A stretch of 64,000 nt of DNA from an uncultured bacterium (GTDB taxonomy: Bacteria > Planctomycetota > UBA1135 > UBA2386), in NCBI GenBank assembly GCA_937952215.1, contig CALFZH010000042.1, positions 43,840 to 107,839 of the forward strand, in the 5' to 3' direction. The notes beneath the pieces were generated by a model. The model searched no databases and was not told the DNA's origin. It was given only the letters and a program-made list of their open reading frames with translations. The stretch's first letter is position 1, and every line of letters begins with the position of its first letter. Below, in pieces: positions 17,615-26,149 of the stretch. A program made the translations under genes and the position numbers.

Positions 17615-20600
17615 ATGCGGGTCCATGCTGCCATGAACACGCCGGACGCCCTGCTCGCCGACCTGTTCGCTCGTCCCGACGACGAGTGGCGCGCCGGTCT
17701 CGAGCAGCTCTGCCGCGAGCATCCCGAATGCGAGCCCGAGCTGCGGCGCCGGTTCTCGCGTCTCGAACAAGCCGGCGTGGCCATGCCGATCGAGAACAAG
17801 GCGCAAGCACTCCAGGATGCGCCCGAACACTTCGGCCCCTACCGCCTGCTGCGGCGGCTCGGCGGCGGCGGCATGGGCGTCGTGTGGCTCGCCGAGCACG
17901 AAACGCTGCACCGCGAAGTCGCGATCAAGATGATCCGACCCGAGCGGTTGTGGTTCGACAACGCGCGCGAGCGCTTCCAGCGTGAAGTGGAAGCGGTCGC
18001 CCGGCTCCGTCACCACGGCTGCGTGCAGATCCATCAGGTCGGGGACGTCGACGGCCTGCCCTACTTCGCGATGGAGTACGTGGCCGGCGCCAGTTGCGAC
18101 CAGCTCACGGCGGCCCTGCGCGCCACCGGCAAGCCGCCGCACGAGCTCACGGGCGCCGACCTCATGGTGGCCTTGCGTGCCCACCGCGGCTCCGTCGAGA
18201 GCGAGTCCTCGGAGCTGTTCGCCGGCAGCTGGGTGCGCGTCGCGGTCCGCATCGCGCTGGCGGCGGCCGAAGCCCTGGCGCACGCCCACGCGCGTGGCGT
18301 CGTGCACCGCGATCTCAAGCTCGGCAACCTGATGGTGAGTCCCGAAGGACGCGTGGTCCTGATCGACTTCGGGCTCGCCGTCGCGGAGGGCACGTCTCCA
18401 CTGACCAGCGCTGGAGCGCTGCTCGGGTCGCTGCCGTACATGGCGCCCGAACAACTCCGCGCAGAGGCGGCCGTCATCGGCGAGCGTACCGACGTCTACG
18501 CCCTCGGCGTCTGTCTCTACGAGCTGTTGGCGCTGACCGGACCGTTCGCGGCGCGGAACGAATCGGGCTTGCGCAGCGACATCCTGGCCGGCAACGCCGT
18601 GCCGCTGCGCGCGCACAACGCCGCCGTCGCCAGCGACCTCCAGGTCGTGGTCGCCCGCGCGATGCACGTCGATGCCGAACGCCGCTACGAGTCGGCGTCC
18701 CACTTCGCGGCGGATCTGGCGGCGGTGCTGCAAGATCGCCCGGTGCAGGCGCGTCGGGATGCGCTGCCGGCGCGGCTCATGCGCTGGGGCCGCCGCCGGC
18801 CGGCGCTGGCGACGGCGGCCCTGCTGTCGCTGCTCGCGTTGCTGATCGTGCCGACGGCGTTCTCCCTGGCGATCGCCGGGCAGCGCGACCGCGCACTGGC
18901 CGCAGAGCAACTGGCGCGGCAGCGCGAGTACGGGGCGAACATCGCGGCGGCCAGCGATGCAATGTTGGTGGGCAACGGCGAAGAGGCGCGCCTGCGGCTG
19001 GAGGCCTGCGCGCCGGAGCTGCGCGACTTCGAGTGGCGATACCTGAACCTGTCGCAGGACGACAGCCTGGCGACGATCCGGGTCGGCACCCGGCCGGTTT
19101 CGGCGGTGGCGGTCGTACCCGACGGTGGGTTGTTGGCCGCGGGCAGCGACGATGGCCGCGTGTGTGTCGCCGCGGTCGACGGCAGCGGCACCGTGCGCGA
19201 GGTGGTGGCAGCCGGCGGACCGGGCATCACTGCCATCGGCTTTGGTGTCGGGGCCGCGGAGTTGTTCGTGGTCGATGCCGCCGCGACGTTGCGCGTATTC
19301 GAGGTGGCAACGGGCGACCTCCGCCGCGAACGCGCTGCCTCGCAACCGCACGAGGCACTGTGGCTGCCCAACCCAGTGACCCACGTCGTCAGCGACGGCG
19401 GCGGCGCGCGACTGCAGTTGCTCGACGCGACGACGCTTGCAGCGTCACCACCGGTCGGCCTGTCGCTGCAGGACGGCGTCACCGTTCGCAACTACGGGAT
19501 CGATGACAACGAGATCGTGTCCGGCACCAGCCGTGGCGCGGCGATCTGGAACCTGGTCGACGGCAGCATCGCGGCCTCGCTGGTGACCATGCAACCAACG
19601 GTGGTGCTCGGCGCGAGTGTGGGATTGCAGAGCGTGCTGCTCGAGTCCGACGGCATCCCGACTCTGTGGCATCGAACCGAGCAGAAGGCCGTGCCGGCAG
19701 CCATCGACTTGCGTGGTCGCCCGCCGCTCACGACGTTGTTCGTCGACGAGGGGCGCCACATCGTGCTGCCGTTCGCCGACGGCGACATCCATGTGTACGA
19801 CGTGGCGCAGTCGCGCACGGTGCGCACGATGCATGGTCACCAAGGGGCCCTGACCGCGGCGGCGGCGGTTCCGCATTCCGCGTCCTTCGTCACCGGCGGC
19901 GAGGACGGCACGGTGCGGCGGTGGGACTGCCGAGTGCACAACGGGCAACTCGAGCTGCTCGGGTATGGATACGGTCGTTCCTTGGCGATCGGCGAAACCG
20001 GGCACCTGCTGACCGGTGGCGAGGATGCGGTCGTACGCGCAACCGACGTCGCCACGGGTGCGCCCATCTGGTGGGGAGACAGCCAGCACTGGGTCAACGG
20101 TGTCGCCGTGATGCCGGGCAGCGACCTTGTCGTCTCGTCGTTTCACGAACGACTCGGGTTCTGGTCCGCCAGCGATGGCACATCGCGTGGGTGGTTGGAC
20201 CTGCCAGACAGTGGGATGGCCAGCCGACTGTTGATGCTGCCAACGCACGGCTTGCTGGCGGTCGCCTCCCGTGTGGGGCGAGTGACGCTGGTCGCGGACG
20301 AGCCTCGACGCGTGCAACGGCAACTGGACGTCCACCAGGACTTGATCACGGACCTGGCGTTCGATGCGGCACGATCACGGCTGTGGACCTGCGGGCACGA
20401 TGGCAAGCTGCAGTGGTTCGCAATCGACGGCGCCGATGCCCCGGTGGTCGTCGATACGATCGATGGCAAGTTCGAGTCGATGGCTCTCGCTGGCGACACG
20501 ATCTACACGAGCGAGGCGAGTGCCGACGGTCGCCGGGGCAGCCTCTGTGAACGGGACGCGGCGACCGGCGAAATCCGACGGCGGCGGGCAGTCGCCGAAA

Positions 20601-21412
20601 TCGCGACGGTCGTGCGGGTGCTCAACGACCGGCGCCTGTTCGTGGGCACACAACACGGACACCTCGCGTTCTGGGACCGAGTGGCCTTCGCATCGGTGCT
20701 CGATCAGGTGAAGTTCTCGATGCCCGTGCGCAACCTGGTCGTTGCGCCGGACGCCACGTGGGTGGCGGCGATCGCGAAGTCAGGGGCCCCACTGATCCTG
20801 CGCGGGGACGACTCGGCACCGCGCGACGCCGAGTTGGTCCGCCGGCGCGTGAGCATCGAACGGGCCCGGGCGCGTACCGTCGAAGCGATGCAGTGCCATT
20901 GGCCGCCTCGCGCCGCCCGCTCCTTGCGTGCCAACGCAACGTTGTCGACCGCCGAACAGGAGTTGGCGTTGACGCTGCTGCCGCCGCTTGGCTCTTGGAC
21001 CGTCGGCGCAGCCGGGCGTCGGCTCTTCACGGCGCCCATGACGTCAGCGGCGCGCGATGCCCTGCGCCCGCAGTTCGAAGCCATCGCCGAGGGATTCGCC
21101 GCCCTCGGGGATGCGTCCACGCTGTGGTTGCGATGCGCATACGCGCTTGCCGCAGTGCGCATGCAGCAGCCTCGAGCGGCTCTCGACGCCTTGGCACCGG
21201 TACGGATCGACCCGAAGGTCGGCCCCGACCACGAGGAGGGCTTCTTCCTGCAGGACGTGACCTTCGTGCGCAGTCTTGCCCACCTGCAGTTGGGCGATCG
21301 CGCTGCTGCAGTCGTCGAACGCGAGCGACTGGCGGAGCTCATCCGTGGCGAGTTCGCCAAGGACGAGCGTGCGCACCTGTTCCTGAGCGAGCTCGACGCC
21401 GAGCTGCGCTGA
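17615..21412 (+). CDS. Ser/Thr protein kinase with TM segment and large WD40/beta-propeller-like plus helical C-terminal region
   Basis: Track ORF of 1265 aa (alternative ATG at 17633, MNTPDALL). Kinase motifs: GGGGMGVVWLAEH, VAIKMI, HRDLKLGNLMV, DFGLA, PYMAPE. TM helix ALATAALLSLLALLIVPTAF. The rest has repeated beta-strand-rich blades. Confidence 0.9.
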   Translation: MRVHAAMNTPDALLADLFARPDDEWRAGLEQLCREHPECEPELRRRFSRLEQAGVAMPIENKAQALQDAPEHFGPYRLLRRLGGGGMGVVWLAEHETLHREVAIKMIRPERLWFDNARERFQREVEAVARLRHHGCVQIHQVGDVDGLPYFAMEYVAGASCDQLTAALRATGKPPHELTGADLMVALRAHRGSVESESSELFAGSWVRVAVRIALAAAEALAHAHARGVVHRDLKLGNLMVSPEGRVVLIDFGLAVAEGTSPLTSAGALLGSLPYMAPEQLRAEAAVIGERTDVYALGVCLYELLALTGPFAARNESGLRSDILAGNAVPLRAHNAAVASDLQVVVARAMHVDAERRYESASHFAADLAAVLQDRPVQARRDALPARLMRWGRRRPALATAALLSLLALLIVPTAFSLAIAGQRDRALAAEQLARQREYGANIAAASDAMLVGNGEEARLRLEACAPELRDFEWRYLNLSQDDSLATIRVGTRPVSAVAVVPDGGLLAAGSDDGRVCVAAVDGSGTVREVVAAGGPGITAIGFGVGAAELFVVDAAATLRVFEVATGDLRRERAASQPHEALWLPNPVTHVVSDGGGARLQLLDATTLAASPPVGLSLQDGVTVRNYGIDDNEIVSGTSRGAAIWNLVDGSIAASLVTMQPTVVLGASVGLQSVLLESDGIPTLWHRTEQKAVPAAIDLRGRPPLTTLFVDEGRHIVLPFADGDIHVYDVAQSRTVRTMHGHQGALTAAAAVPHSASFVTGGEDGTVRRWDCRVHNGQLELLGYGYGRSLAIGETGHLLTGGEDAVVRATDVATGAPIWWGDSQHWVNGVAVMPGSDLVVSSFHERLGFWSASDGTSRGWLDLPDSGMASRLLMLPTHGLLAVASRVGRVTLVADEPRRVQRQLDVHQDLITDLAFDAARSRLWTCGHDGKLQWFAIDGADAPVVVDTIDGKFESMALAGDTIYTSEASADGRRGSLCERDAATGEIRRRRAVAEIATVVRVLNDRRLFVGTQHGHLAFWDRVAFASVLDQVKFSMPVRNLVVAPDATWVAAIAKSGAPLILRGDDSAPRDAELVRRRVSIERARARTVEAMQCHWPPRAARSLRANATLSTAEQELALTLLPPLGSWTVGAAGRRLFTAPMTSAARDALRPQFEAIAEGFAALGDASTLWLRCAYALAAVRMQQPRAALDALAPVRIDPKVGPDHEEGFFLQDVTFVRSLAHLQLGDRAAAVVERERLAELIRGEFAKDERAHLFLSELDAELR

Positions 21413-21517
21413 GACAGCGCGCCGGCCCGGAACCGAGGCCGGCACGATGCGGCACCAACCCGAAGCTCGATCGGGTCGAAGTCGTGGAGTTGCCGACCTG
21501 CAGCGGCCGCAGCCCCG

Positions 21518-21709
21518 ATGCGATGGCTGCTGGCCTTCCTGATCGTCGCTGCGCTGCTCCGCGGACAGCAGGGATGGTCGCGGCGCACCGGGCTCGGGCG
21601 GCTGCGGGGCGACTTCCACTTCCGGCCGGGAGGCCGTGGGTGGTATGTGTCCCTGGCCCGCAGCCTGGTGCTGCGCCTGAGTGCAGCCGGAGTGGGCCTG
21701 CGGATCTGA
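21518..21709 (+). CDS. Small membrane protein, DUF2905-like
   Basis: Track ORF of 63 aa: MRWLLAFLIVAALL...GLGRLRGDFHFRPGGRGWYVSLARSLVLRLSAAGVGL. This resembles the LGRLPGDI...FYFPL signature of DUF2905, recalled from memory. Confidence 0.5.
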   Translation: MRWLLAFLIVAALLRGQQGWSRRTGLGRLRGDFHFRPGGRGWYVSLARSLVLRLSAAGVGLRI

Positions 21710-21712
21710 CCC

Positions 21713-21883
21713 GTGATCGACGTCGTCGTCCTGTTCTTCCTGCTCGGCCTTGGCGCGGGGCTGCTGCGTTCGGAGCTCAAGCTGCCGGCGGCGCTCGCTC
21801 ATGTTCGCGAGCGCTGGTACGACAACTACGCGATGGTCGCCTTCCTTCACGAAGTGGAAGTGCTCCGCCCCGACAAGTTCTGA
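21713..21883 (+). pseudogene. N-terminal fragment of a sodium-dependent bicarbonate-transport-family (Sbt_1/DUF897-like) permease
   Basis: Hand translation from the GTG at 21713: VIDVVVLFFLLGLGAGLLRSELKLPAAL then AHVRERWYDNYAMVAFLHEVEVLRPDKF and a stop. The first ~28 aa match the conserved N-terminus of that ~320-aa permease family as I recall it. The remainder is unrelated and the ORF has only 56 codons. Confidence 0.4.
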
Positions 21884-21946
21884 CAGCAGCGGTCTTCGTG
21901 CGTGCTCGCTGACGGCGCGATCGCCCACACGGCCGTAGGGCCTATC

Positions 21947-22603
21947 TCATTGCGCGGTGAAGCCGCCGTCGACGGTGATCGTCTGGCCAGTGACGAACGA
22001 CGCCTGCGACGAGCTCAGCCACAGCACGGTGTCGGCGATCTCCTCCGGCTTGCCGACGCGGCCGATCGGGTGCAGCGACGCCAGGAAGTCGCGCGGCACC
22101 GGCTCGGTGAAGCGGTCGAACATCGGCGTCTCGATCGCGGCCGGCGCCACCGCGTTGACGCGGATGCCGAGCTTCGCGTACTCGAGCGCGGCGTTCTTGG
22201 CCAGGCCGATCACCGCGTGCTTGCTGGCGCAGTAGGGGCCGGCACCGGGCATGCCGACCAGGCCCGCGATCGAGCTGGTGTTGACGATCGAGCCGCCGCC
22301 GCCCTTCAGCATCGCCGGGATCTCGTGCTTCATGCTCAGGTAGACGCCCTTTACGTTGATCGCGAACACGCGATCGAAGTCGGCGTCGTCCTGTTCGTGC
22401 GTCGGCTTGATGACCGAACTCTCGATGCCGGCGTTGTTGAAGGCGATGTCGAGGCGGCCGTAGGCGCGCAGCGTCGCTTCGACCAGATTCTTGACGTCGG
22501 CCTCCTTGGCGACGTCGGCGCGCACGAACAGGCCGGAACCCCCGGCGCGTTCGATCAGCGCGACGTCGACGCGCGCGACGACATCTACAACCCGCGTGCT
22601 GTG
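21947..22603 (-). pseudogene. 5'-truncated short-chain dehydrogenase/reductase (SDR)
   Basis: Track ORF 21947..22525 (192 aa) has NNAG, the catalytic S...YCASK and the C-terminal VDGG. The N-terminal Rossmann TGxxxGxG motif is missing. The in-frame extension upstream reads HSTRVVDVVARVDVALIERAGGSGLF and hits a stop at 22604-22606. No ATG/GTG/TTG lies between that stop and 22525. Confidence 0.65.
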
Positions 22604-22751
22604 CTACGAACAACGGATCGGTGCCCGTCCGTTCGACTCGAAGACGGTTGCGTGGCGCAGTCCAGGCCATCTACCATGCGCCGGCCACCTCTTGTGGAGG
22701 ACAATGCACTCGACACCTCGCACTCTTCGAGTATTCAAGAAGTAGAGCCAC

Positions 22752-23498
22752 ATGGCGAACTTCCTTCCTCTCAAGAAGTACATGTTCTTCTGCCTCGACA
22801 AGATGCTCGCGGCATACCCGATGTCATCCCCATTTCTCGACATTGGATGTGGCGTTGGCGACGTCAGTCGGCACCTTGCCACGAAGGGCTGGAGCGGAAA
22901 GGCGATAGACTATTCCCCGCAGGCAGTGGAGCGGGCGCGGGCCAGCCTCGCCGCCTACCCGAATGTCCATGTGGAGCAGAAGGCGCTCGACGCCGAAGTC
23001 GGCCAGTATTCCACGATCATGATGTGGGATGTCATCGAGCACATCGAAGATGACGTCACCGCCTTCAAGAAGGTCGGCACCCTGCTCACTCCCGGTGGAT
23101 ACCTCTGCATAGCCGTTCCCAGCAACCAGATCGAATGGCGTTGGGACGACGATTTCTACGGCCACTATCGCCGCTACAGCCTCGAAGAAGCGCGCCGCAA
23201 GGGTTTGGAGTCTGGCCTCGAGCTCGTCGAAGCCTGGGATTTCACCTACCCGGTCTTCTGGCTCATGCGCCGTCTCTATACCCGCGTGAAGAGCGCCCCG
23301 GCACAACCCGAAGACAGCAAGGACTCTCGCACCCAGGCCAGCTCCACGGTCAACGCCTGGGACGTTCCCCTGCTCTCAGCGTTGCTCAACGCCAGCACCT
23401 TCTTGTGGATGCCAATCTACTGGCTGCAGTTCCACGTCTTCCGTCGCCAGGTGCGGCGCGGGCATGAGATGTTCGTGCTGTATCGAAAGCCTCTATGA
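22752..23498 (+). CDS. Class I SAM-dependent methyltransferase
   Basis: Track ORF of 248 aa with motif I LDIGCGVGDVSRHL and post-I/II WDVIEHIED...LTPGGYLCIAVP. Codon usage is visibly more A/T-ending than in its neighbours. Confidence 0.85.
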   Translation: MANFLPLKKYMFFCLDKMLAAYPMSSPFLDIGCGVGDVSRHLATKGWSGKAIDYSPQAVERARASLAAYPNVHVEQKALDAEVGQYSTIMMWDVIEHIEDDVTAFKKVGTLLTPGGYLCIAVPSNQIEWRWDDDFYGHYRRYSLEEARRKGLESGLELVEAWDFTYPVFWLMRRLYTRVKSAPAQPEDSKDSRTQASSTVNAWDVPLLSALLNASTFLWMPIYWLQFHVFRRQVRRGHEMFVLYRKPL

Positions 23499-23584
23499 GA
23501 GGCTGCTCGAGTTCCGCCTCGCGACACAACGTCAATGCCTCGTAGCAGGGGCGCCGCCTGTCCGACTTCGTGAGCCGGGGTGCG

Positions 23585-25966
23585 CTACCTGGCCAATGGC
23601 ACTTCGAGCCGCTGCGTACTCACCCACTGCGTCATGGTCGTCGGGAGGTGGAATGCCTGGCAGTAGAGCGTGAAGTTCGACAGGTACTCGGGCAGCGGAA
23701 TCACGGTGGTGAGCGGCAGCCACGAGAAGCCGCTCATTTCCACGATCGCGATGTGGTCGGGTCCATCGATCGGGACGAGCAGCGAGCAGCCGTCCTGGAC
23801 GAAGGAGACACCCTGGAACACGAACTGGGTCGGCGCGAGGCCGAGAACCAGCACGGCTGGGCCGGTCGAGACCATCCCGACGAAACTGCCACTGGTGCCG
23901 ATTCGCTGGGGCCCATACCAATCGATGCTCGCGGAGCTGCACGATGCACCCGTCGTCATCACGGGTGCAGCAACGGGGAACTCGAACTGGTCGAAAGTCA
24001 CGTAGTTGGGCCCGGAGTTGCCGTTCTTCGCGTACGCGATCGCGAACCTCCGGTTGAACAGGCGGCTGACGCCGCCACCGATGGCGGTGTCACTGCCCGC
24101 CGGAGCGAACACCGTCTCCGCCTGCAGCTGCTGTCCGCGGTAGCCAGTGGAACGGAAGTACAGGTTCTCCGTCACCGTGCTGCGGAACGTCAGTCCCCAC
24201 GTGCGCGAGTATCCTTCGACAGCGAGGCCGGTGAGTTGCAGCCGGGCATCGGCATTGCTCTGCAGCACCACCGTCCCGTTCGGTTCGGATGGCACGCCAT
24301 TGATCCACCGCAGCCGCACGGTGCGAATCTGGTGACCGTTGCTGCCGGTCGGCTTGCCCGGCTGCTGGGCCAGGGTCGACGTCGTGAATGCGACGAGCAA
24401 CTCCCCGTCGACGCCGTCGATCTGCGGCGCCAGCTTGTGATCCGGGGAGCCGCTGTCGACGAAGTGCGCTGCCGACACGGCTCCCGTCTGGCTGACGTCC
24501 CGCACCGCGACACGCCAAGCGTTGTTCGTGCCGAACGTCGAGTACGACTGGTAGGCAACCTTCCAGCCCCAGAGGTCGGTTCGCTTGTTCGTTCGCGGCC
24601 GCTCGAGGTCGGTGCCGGCGATGTCGGCGATCTGGAACGGTGTCGTCACGGTTCCGGTCACGGCGTCCAAGTAACAGCCGAAGATGTCGGACGACGTGGA
24701 TTCCGCGAAGGCGCCCCCTCCATTCGGTTCCTGCTGCCAGACCAGCAACGGCAAGCCGCCGGACAGCGTCCAACCGGTGCCACCGACATCGACCCGCCAG
24801 GCGTTGTCGGGCGCCGCGATGAAGATCACGCTGGTGCTGGTGGTGGTGTCGAACCGGTCATGGCTGTGACAACGCACGGCGCGTGAGCCCGAAGCGAAGG
24901 TCCGGTCGAAGGCGATGATGCCGTACCGGTTGCCCTCGTCGTACTCGCCGGCCGGCCCGCGAGTCGACCACGAGGCCGTCACGTCGACGAACGGAACGCT
25001 CCCCAGTGCGCCCGAGGAGGACCATCGCTGCACATACAGATCGGAGTCGCTGGCCGAAGCAGCGACGCAGTAGGCGATCCAGACTTGGTCACCACTCACT
25101 TCGTTGTCGCAGAACGAGTCGACCTCAGTGCGTGTCGACCCGAAGATCGACGCACCCGGTCCGAGCAGCGGGTCGACCACGACGGGGAACGTCGCGCTCG
25201 CAAGCCACTCCCCATCGAGCCGCAGCACGATCGTCCCATCGGCGTAGCTGGTGGTCATCGGCCGCGTCTTGCCCTTCGCGTCGACGGCCGTTGCGGCCCC
25301 ATAGGTGACGATCGGGCGGCCCGCGGCGTCGTGGAACACGATCGCCTGATGCGCCGCGCTGGCCGCGGCCGCGTGCAGTTCCGTCGCGACCGCACCGCGC
25401 ACCTCGAGGTCGCCGGAAGCCATCGGCCGCTGGCGGATCACGAACGTCTGCTCGATTCCTTCGACGCGGATGTCGTACGCTTCGACGACGCCGCCGTGGT
25501 CATACTCGGCGCGCCACTCGGTCCAGGCGAGGCGGCTTGGCTCGGTGGCCAGTTCCTGGAAGCCGACGCGCACCGACTGCGTCTGCCAGCGGAGAGGCAG
25601 ATTGTGCGGGTAGTCCATGCCGAGCAGGGGCACGTAGGTTGGGCCGTCGTGGAACGACGCCTTGTAGCGCGACCCGGCAGCCCAGATGCCGTAGCTGGAG
25701 CCGCCGTCTGGCTCCGCAGTGTGGATCGGCACACGCACGTCGGTCGCCGGCTGTCCCGGCTGGAACTGGGTGCTGACGGAGGCGTGCGTCGGCTCCTCTT
25801 GGGCGACTGCCGTGGTGATCGCCAGCAACGCGGGGGCGACGAAGCGCCAGATGGGAGGGCGAGGAACGAGTCCCGGGTCTCTGCAGGGGGCATGGTCCCC
25901 AGGACATCCGCGTTGCGGCGTGCGTGTGACGCCAAGCCTCCGCTTGTTCCGCTCTTCGTACGGCAC
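23585..25966 (-). CDS. Large secreted repeat protein with shared C-terminal module
   Basis: Track ORF 23585..26146. A hydrophobic signal-like segment IWRFVAPALLAITTAVAQE is present. The nearest in-frame canonical start is the GTG at 25966, so the start is uncertain. The body is beta-rich and repetitive. C-terminal module: ...QDGCSLLVP...PLPEYLSNFTLYCQAFHL... Confidence 0.75.
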   Translation of the reverse strand: MPYEERNKRRLGVTRTPQRGCPGDHAPCRDPGLVPRPPIWRFVAPALLAITTAVAQEEPTHASVSTQFQPGQPATDVRVPIHTAEPDGGSSYGIWAAGSRYKASFHDGPTYVPLLGMDYPHNLPLRWQTQSVRVGFQELATEPSRLAWTEWRAEYDHGGVVEAYDIRVEGIEQTFVIRQRPMASGDLEVRGAVATELHAAAASAAHQAIVFHDAAGRPIVTYGAATAVDAKGKTRPMTTSYADGTIVLRLDGEWLASATFPVVVDPLLGPGASIFGSTRTEVDSFCDNEVSGDQVWIAYCVAASASDSDLYVQRWSSSGALGSVPFVDVTASWSTRGPAGEYDEGNRYGIIAFDRTFASGSRAVRCHSHDRFDTTTSTSVIFIAAPDNAWRVDVGGTGWTLSGGLPLLVWQQEPNGGGAFAESTSSDIFGCYLDAVTGTVTTPFQIADIAGTDLERPRTNKRTDLWGWKVAYQSYSTFGTNNAWRVAVRDVSQTGAVSAAHFVDSGSPDHKLAPQIDGVDGELLVAFTTSTLAQQPGKPTGSNGHQIRTVRLRWINGVPSEPNGTVVLQSNADARLQLTGLAVEGYSRTWGLTFRSTVTENLYFRSTGYRGQQLQAETVFAPAGSDTAIGGGVSRLFNRRFAIAYAKNGNSGPNYVTFDQFEFPVAAPVMTTGASCSSASIDWYGPQRIGTSGSFVGMVSTGPAVLVLGLAPTQFVFQGVSFVQDGCSLLVPIDGPDHIAIVEMSGFSWLPLTTVIPLPEYLSNFTLYCQAFHLPTTMTQWVSTQRLEVPLAR

Positions 25967-26149
25967 CGTCGTAGCGCGGAGCCAACGCGCCTTCGTCGCG
26001 GTGGCTACACGCCGTAGTCGCGATGCCCTCGACGTAGCTGTCGCAAACGCGCACAGCGTGGCGTTCCGATCGCGCACACACCTTCGAAATAGCCGCCCCG
26101 GCACGGGGGTTGGATCGATGGGGGAAGTACACGGACTTCGAGGCAATCC

